Part shown: positions 1 through 9,229 of the stretch, piece after piece
Numbering within the stretch: the first letter of the stretch is position 1
How the letters are laid out: every line of letters begins with the position of its first letter
NCBI GenBank assembly: GCA_949299455.1
Contig: CASGAN010000021.1
Span: forward strand, 2,886 to 66,885
DNA length: 64,000 bases
Origin: an uncultured Oscillospiraceae bacterium
Lineage (GTDB): Bacteria; Bacillota; Clostridia; Oscillospirales; Ruminococcaceae
Direction of reading: 5' to 3'
The notes under the pieces: generated by a model
Told to the model about the DNA's origin: nothing
The model's input: the letters and a program-made list of their open reading frames with translations, nothing else
The model's database searches: none
Program-made: the position numbers and the translations under genes

Positions 1-615
1 TTTCTCTGCTGCCATTTTCATAGAGTGCAGAATGCCTTCGAAGTGATAATCCGGATCCGGATTGACTTTCGGCAGCCAAACGGTTTCCTCGCTGAATACC
101 GGAACACCGTCCACAACTGCGGAAACTTTACGGTCCGATCCGCCTGCATCAAAGCCGATACGGCAGCCGTCCAAATGTTTGCCGATTGCTTTGGATTTCT
201 CGTTTGCGACCGGTTTGTCCGCAAGGTTCGGAACATTGACGACCTCGAATTCTTTCTCGTACACCTGTTTCATGAAGTCATAGTCAAATGCACGTGCACC
301 ATTCGGGCTGTATGTATCGTGCATATAGCGGTACACATTTTCGTCGCCGCAGATATACACGCGGAAGCCGCCTTTTGCCCACAGCAGGAATTTGACCAGT
401 CGGTCAACATAGTAGTTGTCCGCATCTGCCATTTCCGGTGTGCCGTGAATGAATGTATCATACACGGAAATCAAGCCGCCGCTTCTCTCCACTGCAACTG
501 CGATCGGTTTTTTCGCGGTTTTCAAAAACTCGCGGTTAAACACATGCAGCGGTGCGAACGTCGGATCAAGCTCCGGAACGTTTTTGATGTCAACATTGAC
601 GCCATAAATATTCAT
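1..615 (-). CDS. ASKHA/ROK-like sugar kinase, N-terminal 205 codons only (3' end lies beyond the window start)
   Basis: My own translation from ATG at 615-613 gives MNIYGVNVDIKNVPELDPTF...GCRIGFDAGGSDRKVSAVVDG, with a DxGGS phosphate-1-like motif. The frame is open to position 1. It is absent from the ORF track because there is no stop in the window. The + strand ORF 25..717 is its antisense shadow. Confidence 0.45.
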   Translation of the reverse strand, partial: MNIYGVNVDIKNVPELDPTFAPLHVFNREFLKTAKKPIAVAVERSGGLISVYDTFIHGTPEMADADNYYVDRLVKFLLWAKGGFRVYICGDENVYRYMHDTYSPNGARAFDYDFMKQVYEKEFEVVNVPNLADKPVANEKSKAIGKHLDGCRIGFDAGGSDRKVSAVVDGVPVFSEETVWLPKVNPDPDYHFEGILHSMKMAAEK

Positions 616-700
616 GGTAATCTTCTCCTTTTTCTAATGAAGTGTAACCAACATTACCTTAGTATAAGTATACAATGCGCAGGCTCAAAAAGCAAGTATT

Positions 701-1927
701 TTAGAAAGAATCCATGATAAAAATCGGTTTTTTGTAAAATACACCCGCAAACGGCGCAGAAGGGTTCAAGACCAAAACGCTTGGCAGGGAAACCGCATCC
801 GCCGTGTCATGCGAACCTGCAATCAAGCGCGAAAAATCGGAAATTCCCATCGTAATATCAGGCGTTTTTGCGGTGCGTTCCACCGCGCTTGCCTGTCCGT
901 CCTCAAACGAAACAAGCCACACGCCGTCGTTTTTTGCAATCTGCGGATCACTTACACCAATCGCAATTGTCCCGCTTCCGTGATACTGTGCACCCTTTAA
1001 CGCCTTTTGCACATTGACGACACGGTTCATGCCGGTGTGCGCCACGGTACGTTTGCACGGCACCATTGCCCATTCGGGAATCCGGCTGACAACATCCATG
1101 TGCGACGGCAGCCAGAATGAAATCTTTTTATAATACGTTTTATATGCGAGCGCATGATTCAAAAGCCCGTAAAAACCTTCCCAGTCGGAAAAATAAAACT
1201 GGCTGCACTTCATCTCAAACACATACGGCTCGATTTGTTCTTTTGTAAACGTCATGACACCTTTCGGCGTACCGTCCTTTGCAAAATAAACATAAGTATA
1301 GACGCAGTCCTTTGCGGGATCTCTGCCCTCTGCGTCAGGAAAATCATACGGTTTACGCACACACATCAGATTCATATTGCCGCAAAAATCGCGGTACACC
1401 GATGCGATTTCTTCATTCAGTGACGTGCCTTCCGCCAAAACGCATTTGCCCTCTACGGAGAAGTGTGTATATGCGCGCAGGTCAATCTCATAAAACACCC
1501 GCTCGCCGCAGATCTCATAGCCGAATTTCCGATAAAACGCCGTCGAAAACGGGTAAAGATACGAAAACACCACGCCGTCTTCATACATCTGCGGCAGATT
1601 GTGTTCAAAGCAGGCACGAATCACACCGTTTTTGCGGTACTGCGGAAGCGTTGACACGCCACCGATGCCGCACATCGGATATTCCTGCCCGTCAAACTGC
1701 ACGGTATATGGAATCGTGAACATGAATCCCATCATCGTTTTGTCGTCGTCTTCAAACGCCGCCCATTTTTCCTGCCAGTATTCCTGTCCGCGCGTTTTTG
1801 GATGTTCTTTTGCTTCTTTGACGATTTCTTCGTTTGTCTGTGTTGCTTTATTCGGAAACTCAAACGCAATCGACATCACTTCATAGCAGCGCTTCAGTTC
1901 TTCTTCTCTGATTTTTCTGACAATCAC
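701..1927 (-). CDS. GNAT N-acetyltransferase of the Eis type (GNAT + SCP2-like C-terminal domain)
   Basis: 408 aa with N-terminal MIVRKIREEELKRCYEVMSIAFEF and QYRKNGVIRACF, an acetyl-CoA-site-like motif. Length and architecture are typical of the Eis-like family. Confidence 0.6.
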   Translation of the reverse strand: MIVRKIREEELKRCYEVMSIAFEFPNKATQTNEEIVKEAKEHPKTRGQEYWQEKWAAFEDDDKTMMGFMFTIPYTVQFDGQEYPMCGIGGVSTLPQYRKNGVIRACFEHNLPQMYEDGVVFSYLYPFSTAFYRKFGYEICGERVFYEIDLRAYTHFSVEGKCVLAEGTSLNEEIASVYRDFCGNMNLMCVRKPYDFPDAEGRDPAKDCVYTYVYFAKDGTPKGVMTFTKEQIEPYVFEMKCSQFYFSDWEGFYGLLNHALAYKTYYKKISFWLPSHMDVVSRIPEWAMVPCKRTVAHTGMNRVVNVQKALKGAQYHGSGTIAIGVSDPQIAKNDGVWLVSFEDGQASAVERTAKTPDITMGISDFSRLIAGSHDTADAVSLPSVLVLNPSAPFAGVFYKKPIFIMDSF

Positions 1928-1948
1928 AAACGTCCCCTCCAGTTTGCG

Positions 1949-2965
1949 TTAATAGTTGTTTGCCTGCTCCTGCGAAAAACCGGTTTGCAGCAAATCAGCA
2001 TACTCAAACGCTTTTGCCGTACCGACAGACACGGCTTCAATCGCATTGTCGGCAACACGCGCCTTGATGCCCGTTTCCTGTGTCAAAAGCTCAGGAAGTC
2101 CGCGCAGAAGCGAACCGCCGCCTGTCATTGTGATACCGTTTTCATAAATATCGCTTGCAAGCTCCGGCGGCGTTTTGTCGAGTACACGTTTAACTGCCGC
2201 CACGATCATCTGCGCAAACGGCGAAACTGCATCGTAAATATCAAGCGACGACACTTCAATCTGCTGCGGATAAATTGTCAGAAGATTTCTGCCGCGTACT
2301 TTTGTTTTTTCGTCGCTGGATGGGTTCCACACGTTGCCGATCTGTTGTTTAATCTGCTGCGCCATTTTCTTTCCGATCGACAAATTGTATTTCGAGAGCA
2401 TCAGCTTGATGATTGCTTCATCGATATGGTTTCCTGCATAGCGAAGTGATTCCGAAAGAACCACGCCGCCCAGCGAGATCACAGCGATATCCGACGTGCC
2501 GCCGCCGATATCCACCACAAGTGAGCCGTTCGGCTGCATGACGTCGATTCCGGCACCGAGTGCCGCTGCAATTGGTTCTTCAATCAAGTAGATCGTGCGC
2601 ACACCTGCATGGACGATCGTCCGCACCACTGCACGGCGCTCCACCTCGGTCACCGAAGACGGCACACAGATCACAAACCGGTGCTTAACAAGGAAACTGC
2701 TGCACGCGCGGTGCAAAAATTCCTTAAGCATCAGCTCCGTCATCACATGATTGGAAATGACGCCGTTTTCAAGCGGAAACTCCGCACGGATATACTCCGG
2801 CGTTTTTCCCACCATCAACAGCGCTTCCTGTCCTGCGGCAATCAATGTGTCATCTTTCGTATTCACCGCAACGACAGCAGGCTCACGCAAAAGCTCGCCG
2901 ACACCGGGTTTGTATATGATGATCTTCGTTGTTCCAAGATCAATTCCAATATCCATTGCTCCCAT
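1949..2965 (-). CDS. mreB: rod shape-determining protein MreB/Mbl (actin-like ATPase)
   Basis: 338 aa with DIGIDLGTTKIIIY, VVDIGGGTSDIAV and MTGGGSLLRGL motifs. Confidence 0.9.
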   Translation of the reverse strand: MGAMDIGIDLGTTKIIIYKPGVGELLREPAVVAVNTKDDTLIAAGQEALLMVGKTPEYIRAEFPLENGVISNHVMTELMLKEFLHRACSSFLVKHRFVICVPSSVTEVERRAVVRTIVHAGVRTIYLIEEPIAAALGAGIDVMQPNGSLVVDIGGGTSDIAVISLGGVVLSESLRYAGNHIDEAIIKLMLSKYNLSIGKKMAQQIKQQIGNVWNPSSDEKTKVRGRNLLTIYPQQIEVSSLDIYDAVSPFAQMIVAAVKRVLDKTPPELASDIYENGITMTGGGSLLRGLPELLTQETGIKARVADNAIEAVSVGTAKAFEYADLLQTGFSQEQANNY

Positions 2966-2997
2966 ACGAGCACACCACCTTTTCTATGTTCAGTATA

Positions 2998-3702
2998 TCA
3001 CAATCCATTGTTTTCTGTAAATGTTGTTTTCGCCGCAACAATCACTGTCACCGACGATGCACCTGCACGAATCAGCACTTCAGCTGTTTCATACGCAGTC
3101 GCGCCGGTTGTGAACACATCGTCCACGAGCAAAATGCGCTGACCGCGAATCCATTCCGGATATTTTACAGCAAACGCACCGGTTAGATTCTTCATTCTCT
3201 CTTGTGCAGAAAGTGTGTGTTGCTTTTTGGTGCGGCGGACTTTTTTGAGCGCATCCGCAACGCACGGCACTGAAATTTGTTTTGAAAGCGCTTTTGCAAG
3301 CCATCCCGACTGTGAAAAGCCGCGGTCTTTTTTGTCCTTTTTATGCATCGGCACCGGTACAATCCGGTCAAACGGAAGCGTAAAGCCAAACAGTTTCGTC
3401 AGCCTGTCCGCCATCAGCTGTGCAAGCTTTTGCGCCGTCACACGGTCACCTGTAAATTTCATCGCGTGAACTGCCGTTTTGGCACCTTCTTCATAGCGAA
3501 ACACAGAAAACACCGGAATCATACAAGTGCATGCGCCGACCGGCTTTTGACAGCGATTGCAAATAACCGGAAGCAATGGCTGTTCTTTTTCACAGTGCGG
3601 ACAAAACACCTCATCTCCGGCAATTGGTTTTTCGCAGAACAAACACCGGTTCGGAAAGAAGATATGCCACAAATATTCGATTTTTGCGCACCGCCGCTTC
3701 AT
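2998..3702 (-). CDS. comF: ComF family protein (phosphoribosyltransferase fold with N-terminal Cys4 zinc finger)
   Basis: Carries CLFCEKP...CPHCEK and CNRC...C cysteine pairs and the PRTase motif ILLVDDVFTTGAT. Its ATG overlaps the recD2 stop (ATGA at 3699-3702). Confidence 0.8.
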   Translation of the reverse strand: MKRRCAKIEYLWHIFFPNRCLFCEKPIAGDEVFCPHCEKEQPLLPVICNRCQKPVGACTCMIPVFSVFRYEEGAKTAVHAMKFTGDRVTAQKLAQLMADRLTKLFGFTLPFDRIVPVPMHKKDKKDRGFSQSGWLAKALSKQISVPCVADALKKVRRTKKQHTLSAQERMKNLTGAFAVKYPEWIRGQRILLVDDVFTTGATAYETAEVLIRAGASSVTVIVAAKTTFTENNGL

Positions 3703-5909
3703 GTGAGCATCCGTCCTCTGAGCATTTTGGAAAGTCCGGTATACCGCCGCATTTTCTTGTCGTTTTGCACCATGAATGCAATGCGGCTCTGCTGTCCGAC
3801 CAGAATGAGAATCTTTTTCGCGCGGGTCACTGCCGTATAAAGCAAGTTTCGAAAATACAGCTTGTCATATCCGCCCATCACCGGCAGAATAATCGCATCA
3901 AACTCACTGCCCTGGCTCTTATGCACCGTAACGGCATAGGCAAGTTCCAGTTCCTTTGACATATCAAAGCTATAGTACGCAATCCTTGCGTCAAATTCGA
4001 CCGCCATCGTCCTCGAACCGCGGTCGATCATACGGATGATACCAATATCGCCGTTAAAAATGCCGGCGCCTGCTTCTTCGCCGCGTTTCCACGGAATATC
4101 ATAATTATTCCGGATCTGCATGACTTTATCCTGCTCACGGAACAGATACGTCGGGCTTTTCCATTCTGTTTTGCCCGGTGCGGCGGGATTTAACCGCTCC
4201 TGCAAATACTGATTGAGCACAATCACACCCAGATCACCCTTCCGCTGCGGACAGAGCACCTGAATATCCTCTGTCGGCGAAAAGCCGTAGGTGTTCGGCA
4301 GCCGTGTTGCACAAAGGTCGGCAATCAGCTGTGCCGCCTGTTTTCCGTCGTTTTGCGGCAGGAAGAAAAAGTCGTTGTCCTTCCGTCTGAGTTCCGGCAT
4401 TTCGCCGCTGACAATCGCGTGCGCATTTGTGACGATCAAACTCTGCGCCGCCTGACGGAAAATCTGTGTCAAGCTGACAGTCGGCACACAGTCGCTTTCA
4501 ATCAGATCGCGCAGAATGTTTCCAGCGCCCACGCTTGGAAGCTGATGATAGTCACCGACCAAAATAAGCTTTGCCGTCGGTTTCATGCCGCGCAGCAGGG
4601 CATCAAATAATAACGTATCCACCATCGATACCTCGTCCACGATGATGACATCGCCGTACAGCGGATTTTGTTCATTATGAGAAAACACAAGCTTGCCCGT
4701 CTGCGCATAGCCCGGCTCCACCTCGAGCAGACGGTGGATTGTTTTTGCCTCCTTGCCGCTCACTTCCGTCATGCGTTTTGCAGCTCGTCCGGTGGGTGCC
4801 GTCAGCAGCACCGTTTTTCCCTGCTGTTCAAACAGCTCGATCATACCGTTGACCGTCGTTGTTTTACCGGTACCCGGTCCGCCGGTCAAAATGAACACCG
4901 GATGCTCTGCCGCCTGTGCAATTGCTTTGCGCTGCAAGGATTCATAGTGAATCCCCTTTTCCGATTCAATGAGCGAAATCACTTCGTCAATCTGCGGCTG
5001 CGGCTCCCGATACGAGGAAAGCATCAGTGAAATCCGCGACACGATGTTCTGCTGCGCCATATAATATTCCGGCAAAAAAATGAGATCGGGCGTTCCCTCT
5101 TCCTCATAGAGTTCACCATCGGACACCGCTTGTTTGAGTACTTCTTCCACTGCTGACTCTGAAAGCTGCAAAAGCTTTGCGGCAGTTGGCAGCAGCAATC
5201 GGGACGGCAGTGCCGTATGTCCGTTTGCGGTGTTGTGCTTTAACACGAACTGAATGCCTGCTAAAATCCGGTCTTCGTTTTCGGGCGGCAGCTCGAACGC
5301 CGTTGCCATCGCGTCTGCTGTGGCAAACGAAATGCCGAACGAGGCACGCGACAGAATATACGGATTCTGCTTGATCAAATCCATCGCGTGATTGCCCCAT
5401 TCCTTATAAATGGCAACGCTCTGCATCGGTGTGACCTGATATTTTGACAAAAACATCATCAAGGTGCGTACACCGAACACCTGCGCAAATGCACCGGCCA
5501 ATTTCTGCGCCTTTGCCGCACTGATGCCCGGCACCTCCGCTAATCGCATCGGCGATTCCTCGATAATCTTTAACGTATCGTCACCGAAGCAGTTTACAAT
5601 ATTGCGTGCCGTCGCAGGGCCGATCCCCTTGACCACACCGCTCGACAGATAACGCCGGATCGCACTCGACGTCGCGGGAAGCCGACGCTCCACCATCTGC
5701 ACTTTAAACTGCTCACCATGCACCGGATGCGTGTCAAAATAGCCGGTCAGCTCGAGTTCCTCGCCCGGCTCCACGGAAACCATCGTTCCCACCGCACAGA
5801 TAAGCTCATTATCGACGCTTACATCGAGCACACAAAAGCCGGTATCTTCATTTTTATAGATAATCTCCTCCACACAGCCGGAGATTTTCACATATTCCTG
5901 TGTGCTCAT
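3699..5909 (-). CDS. recD2: ATP-dependent RecD-like DNA helicase (RecD2, SF1B)
   Basis: 736 aa with Walker A GGPGTGKTT, IIVDEVSMVD, VGDYHQLPSVGAGN and a C-terminal AYAVTVHKSQGSEF motif. Confidence 0.9.
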   Translation of the reverse strand: MSTQEYVKISGCVEEIIYKNEDTGFCVLDVSVDNELICAVGTMVSVEPGEELELTGYFDTHPVHGEQFKVQMVERRLPATSSAIRRYLSSGVVKGIGPATARNIVNCFGDDTLKIIEESPMRLAEVPGISAAKAQKLAGAFAQVFGVRTLMMFLSKYQVTPMQSVAIYKEWGNHAMDLIKQNPYILSRASFGISFATADAMATAFELPPENEDRILAGIQFVLKHNTANGHTALPSRLLLPTAAKLLQLSESAVEEVLKQAVSDGELYEEEGTPDLIFLPEYYMAQQNIVSRISLMLSSYREPQPQIDEVISLIESEKGIHYESLQRKAIAQAAEHPVFILTGGPGTGKTTTVNGMIELFEQQGKTVLLTAPTGRAAKRMTEVSGKEAKTIHRLLEVEPGYAQTGKLVFSHNEQNPLYGDVIIVDEVSMVDTLLFDALLRGMKPTAKLILVGDYHQLPSVGAGNILRDLIESDCVPTVSLTQIFRQAAQSLIVTNAHAIVSGEMPELRRKDNDFFFLPQNDGKQAAQLIADLCATRLPNTYGFSPTEDIQVLCPQRKGDLGVIVLNQYLQERLNPAAPGKTEWKSPTYLFREQDKVMQIRNNYDIPWKRGEEAGAGIFNGDIGIIRMIDRGSRTMAVEFDARIAYYSFDMSKELELAYAVTVHKSQGSEFDAIILPVMGGYDKLYFRNLLYTAVTRAKKILILVGQQSRIAFMVQNDKKMRRYTGLSKMLRGRMLT

Positions 5910-5923
5910 AGTGCTCCTTTCCG

Positions 5924-6217
5924 TTATGTATCCGGTGAAATGACGGTCACCGCCGCATGATCATCACAAAACCGCCTGAGAATCTCGCGTGTCTGTGCAC
6001 TGCATCCAAGGTCAATGACGACAATTTGCTTCGCACCTCGGTATAACAATCGACGAAGCATCCACTCCGCGCATGTCACCTCGCCCGACAGCGGGAGTAC
6101 ATGGACGCCGCGCGGGCACGCGCCGCCGCAGAGCTGCATCAGACAAAGCCGCGCCAGCAAAATGATTCCAAGCAGACTTGTCACGATCAAAAAGGCCATT
6201 GCAAGATATTCACCCAT
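5924..6217 (-). CDS. hypothetical small membrane-anchored protein
   Basis: The ORF-track ORF 5924..6226 begins at GTG. ATG at 6217 is preceded by GAGGTG with about 6 nt spacing. There is one N-terminal hydrophobic helix (YLAMAFLIVTSLLGIILLARL). No family was recognised. Confidence 0.4.
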   Translation of the reverse strand: MGEYLAMAFLIVTSLLGIILLARLCLMQLCGGACPRGVHVLPLSGEVTCAEWMLRRLLYRGAKQIVVIDLGCSAQTREILRRFCDDHAAVTVISPDT

Positions 6218-6263
6218 ATCAATCACCTCTCAGTGACAGTATATGGGTGAACGATTGGTTGTG

Positions 6264-7376
6264 TTACAGTTCGCCGCGGCTCTTTGCTTTTAAGAATGCA
6301 TTGATAAAGCCGTCGATGTCGCCATCCATCACCGCTTGAATGTTGCCGTTTTCAAAGCCGGTGCGATGGTCTTTTGCAAGGGTATACGGCATGAAAACAT
6401 AGGAGCGGATCTGGCTGCCCCATGCGATTTCTTTCTGCACGCCTTTGATATCCTCGATTTTGTCAAAATGCTCGCGCTCTTTGATCTGAATAAGCTTTGA
6501 TTTGAGCATTTTCATTGCGTTCGCTTTGTTTTGCAGCTGGCTGCGCTCGGTCTGGCAAGCGCAGACGATGCCGGTCGGAATATGCGTAATACGCACTGCC
6601 GACGACACCTTGTTGACGTTCTGACCACCTGCACCGCCGGAACGGTAGGTATCGACCTGCAAATCCTCCGGACGGATGTTGACTTCAATGCTGTCGTCGA
6701 TTTCCGGCATAACCTCAAGCGATGCAAACGATGTGTGACGGCGTCCCGACGAGTCAAACGGCGAAACACGCACCAGACGATGGACGCCGTTCTCACTCTT
6801 CAAAAAGCCGTATGCGTTCTCGCCCTCGACAATGAAGCTGACACTCTTGATGCCTGCTTCGTCGCCTGCAAGATAGTCAAGCGTTTTAACGTTGAAACCT
6901 TTGCGCTCTGCCCAGCGCTGATACATACGAAACAGCATGCTGACCCAGTCCTGTGCCTCTGTTCCGCCTGCACCTGCGTGGAATGTAAGGATCGCGTTGT
7001 TTGCATCATATTCCTCTGTTAATAAGGTACGAAGTTTTAACGTTTCAAGTGTTTCCTTAAACGCATCAAGCTCGGTGCGGAGTTCTTCCTCGACACTTTC
7101 GTCATCTTCCTCAATCGCCATCTCCACGAGCGTCACAAGATCCTCGTGCTGTGCGCACAGCTTCTCATACGATTCCACTGCACTTTTGAGCTGGCTTGTA
7201 TGGCGGAGCACCTTCTGCGACTCCTCCATGTTATCCCAAAAATCAGGCTGTGCCGCACGGCCTTCCAATTCTTCAATTTCCAGTTTCTTTTTATCAATTC
7301 CAAGTGCACTTTTTAACTCATCAAGCTGTGGTGCAAGGTTTGCAAGCTCGACTTTTGTTTCATCATAAAATAACAA
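6264..7376 (-). CDS. prfB: peptide chain release factor 2, encoded in a single uninterrupted frame
   Basis: 370 aa with the SPF tripeptide (RVSPFDSSGRRHTSF) and GGQ (SGGAGGQNVNKV). The N-terminus is colinear with E. coli RF2 across the usual frameshift site. Confidence 0.95.
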   Translation of the reverse strand: MLFYDETKVELANLAPQLDELKSALGIDKKKLEIEELEGRAAQPDFWDNMEESQKVLRHTSQLKSAVESYEKLCAQHEDLVTLVEMAIEEDDESVEEELRTELDAFKETLETLKLRTLLTEEYDANNAILTFHAGAGGTEAQDWVSMLFRMYQRWAERKGFNVKTLDYLAGDEAGIKSVSFIVEGENAYGFLKSENGVHRLVRVSPFDSSGRRHTSFASLEVMPEIDDSIEVNIRPEDLQVDTYRSGGAGGQNVNKVSSAVRITHIPTGIVCACQTERSQLQNKANAMKMLKSKLIQIKEREHFDKIEDIKGVQKEIAWGSQIRSYVFMPYTLAKDHRTGFENGNIQAVMDGDIDGFINAFLKAKSRGEL

Positions 7377-7490
7377 GAAAATCCACCCTTCTGCGGTACT
7401 TCCGCAACAAATCTATCATTCGGTTTTAAGACACGTATACATCTTTATATTATAATCGAACAAATGCCTATTGTAAAGGCTTTTCGCTTC

Positions 7491-7519
7491 TTGACAAGGG
7501 CCTGTTTTGCGTGTATCAT
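7491..7519 (+). promoter_or_regulatory. sigma-A type promoter for nadA (TTGACA-17-TATCAT)
   Basis: TTGACA at 7491-7496, a 17-nt spacer, then TATCAT at 7514-7519, 80 nt upstream of the nadA ATG. Confidence 0.55.
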
Positions 7520-7598
7520 AGATTCAAACAAGACATTGTGTCGGTTTTTATCGTTTTCCGCCTTTTCGCAGCGAAAAAAGCAAGGAGTGCTCTTTTTT

Positions 7599-8510
7599 AT
7601 GTTAAACGATCTGCAAAAACAAATTCTTACACTCAAAAAAGAAAAAAACGCAAAGATCTTTGCACACAGCTATCAATCCCCTGACATTTTGGAAATTGCC
7701 GATTTGACCGGCGATTCTTTCGCATTGAGTGCAAAAGCGCACGAATATGACTGTGACACCATCATTTTATGCGGCGTGCTCTTCATGGCAGAGACACTCA
7801 AGATGCTTTGTCCTGAAAAAAACGTGATTCTTCCTGTCGAACACGCAACCTGCGCAATGGCGGAGCAGATTTCACCGGAACGCGTCATTGCTTTTAAACA
7901 AGAGCACCCCGATTATGCTGTGGTTGCGTATATCAACACCTCCACGGAGTTAAAAGCGGTGAGCGATGTCTGCGTTACTTCATCGAGTGCAGTCAAAATT
8001 GTAAACGCACTGCCGCAGGACAAGATCCTGTTTATTCCTGACAAAAACCTCGGACGATTTGTCCGCAATGCACTCCCGCACAAACACATCGAAGTCTGGG
8101 AGGGATGCTGCCCTGTTCACGATGCTGTCACTGAAGAAGAAGTCCTCGCTGCAAAAGCCGCATATCCAAACGCAAAGCTTTTGATGCATCCGGAACTTCC
8201 GCCCGAGGTGATTCGGCACGCAGATGTTGCCGGTTCCACTGCGGATATTCTTCGGTATGCACACACACATTCTGACGACTGCATCATCGGCACGGAAAAA
8301 AGCGTCGCTGATTTTCTTTCCGTTTGTTATCCTGACCGTCATTTTTATGTGCTGTCCAAAAAGCTGTTCTGCCCGGATATGCGCATTACAAATTTGGGCG
8401 ATGTTTATCACGCACTAAAAGGTGACGGCGGAAAAGTCATCACATTGGACGAAACACTGCGCATCCGCGCGAAAAAGCCAATCGACGAAATGATTCGTCT
8501 TGGCGGATAA
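7599..8510 (+). CDS. nadA: quinolinate synthase NadA
   Basis: The ORF-track ORF 7464..8510 is trimmed to ATG 7599, which is preceded by AAGGAG at 7582-7587. The product MLNDLQKQILTLKKEKNAKIFAHSYQ...ILFIPDKNLG...MHPE is typical of NadA. Confidence 0.9.
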   Translation: MLNDLQKQILTLKKEKNAKIFAHSYQSPDILEIADLTGDSFALSAKAHEYDCDTIILCGVLFMAETLKMLCPEKNVILPVEHATCAMAEQISPERVIAFKQEHPDYAVVAYINTSTELKAVSDVCVTSSSAVKIVNALPQDKILFIPDKNLGRFVRNALPHKHIEVWEGCCPVHDAVTEEEVLAAKAAYPNAKLLMHPELPPEVIRHADVAGSTADILRYAHTHSDDCIIGTEKSVADFLSVCYPDRHFYVLSKKLFCPDMRITNLGDVYHALKGDGGKVITLDETLRIRAKKPIDEMIRLGG

Positions 8511-8518
8511 GGAGAATT

Positions 8519-9142
8519 ATGGACTCGTTTGCTCATGTATCAAAACCGGCACGCGCACAAAACGCACGTGTCAAACGAACAAAAGCAGCTTTATATGAAA
8601 GTCTTGCCTCGTTAATGCTCGAAAAAAACGTCAATGCCATTACTGTACGGGAACTGACCAGCCGCGCAAATATCAATCGCGCGACCTTCTATATTCACTA
8701 TAAAGACATTGACGATATGATCTGTCAGGTTCGCAAAGAAATTCTTGACGATTTTTCTGTTGTACTGAACACCCATCACACAGAGATCAGCGGCGAGCGT
8801 CCGCACTCCATGCTTTGTGATATGTTCCGTTTCTTGGAACGGCATGCCAGCATCTGCAAAGCGTTTTTGGGAACGCATGGTGATGCAGAATTTATCAGCC
8901 TGCTCCGCAACAAGCTCTTGGACAAATGTGTAACAGACTGGGCAAAGCTGTTCCCCTCTCACCCGATTGCATATGTGCCGGAATATTTTTCTGTGTTTGT
9001 TGTCACAGGATGCATCGGTCTGTTTGAACACTGGATCGATACCGGAATGCGCCAAACACCGGAAGAAATGGCATATATGGCAGATCAAATGTTCAGAAAC
9101 GGCATCCGCTTTCTGCAAATGCCGGCACCGCCCTCGTTTTAA
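8519..9142 (+). CDS. TetR/AcrR family transcriptional regulator
   Basis: 207 aa with the N-terminal HTH signature ITVRELTSRANINRATFYIHYKDIDD. Confidence 0.8.
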   Translation: MDSFAHVSKPARAQNARVKRTKAALYESLASLMLEKNVNAITVRELTSRANINRATFYIHYKDIDDMICQVRKEILDDFSVVLNTHHTEISGERPHSMLCDMFRFLERHASICKAFLGTHGDAEFISLLRNKLLDKCVTDWAKLFPSHPIAYVPEYFSVFVVTGCIGLFEHWIDTGMRQTPEEMAYMADQMFRNGIRFLQMPAPPSF

Positions 9143-9160
9143 CCTCACCAAGGTTTCTGC

Positions 9161-9200
9161 ACCATCTCCTGCTTAAAAAGCAGGAGATGGTTTATTTTTT
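9161..9200 (+). terminator. rho-independent terminator after the TetR gene
   Basis: A 13-bp stem, ACCATCTCCTGCT / AGCAGGAGATGGT, is followed by TTATTTTTT. Confidence 0.8.
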
Positions 9201-9229
9201 GCCATTTGTGGTCATACTAACAACCAAGG

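Noticed and set aside
25-717. 230-aa + strand ORF at the start of the window
   Set aside because: It is antisense to a better minus-strand gene (ATG 615, with a kinase-like DxGGS motif) and its product is Cys/His/Phe-rich nonsense. It is a shadow ORF.
7290-7376. Programmed +1 frameshift site in prfB
   Set aside because: The 370-aa ORF is colinear with full-length RF2 from the first Met through the region where CUU UGA normally occurs (...LKSALGIDKKKLE...). There is no in-frame stop, so no frameshift is needed here.
7464-7598. N-terminal extensions of ORF-track ORFs for nadA, the second lipoprotein (12738-12845), the ABC ATPase (16232-16498), GH31 (20678-20779), purB, rbsK (28502-28618), the integrase (37329-37376), DUF1273, corA, ftsZ and mraZ
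   Set aside because: In each case an internal ATG with a proper Shine-Dalgarno gives a family-typical N-terminus. The extensions run through promoters, terminators or the preceding gene.
7520-7598. NAD+ (nadA-motif) riboswitch upstream of nadA
   Set aside because: The leader is only about 75 nt, and I could not find the tandem bulged-stem domains characteristic of that class.
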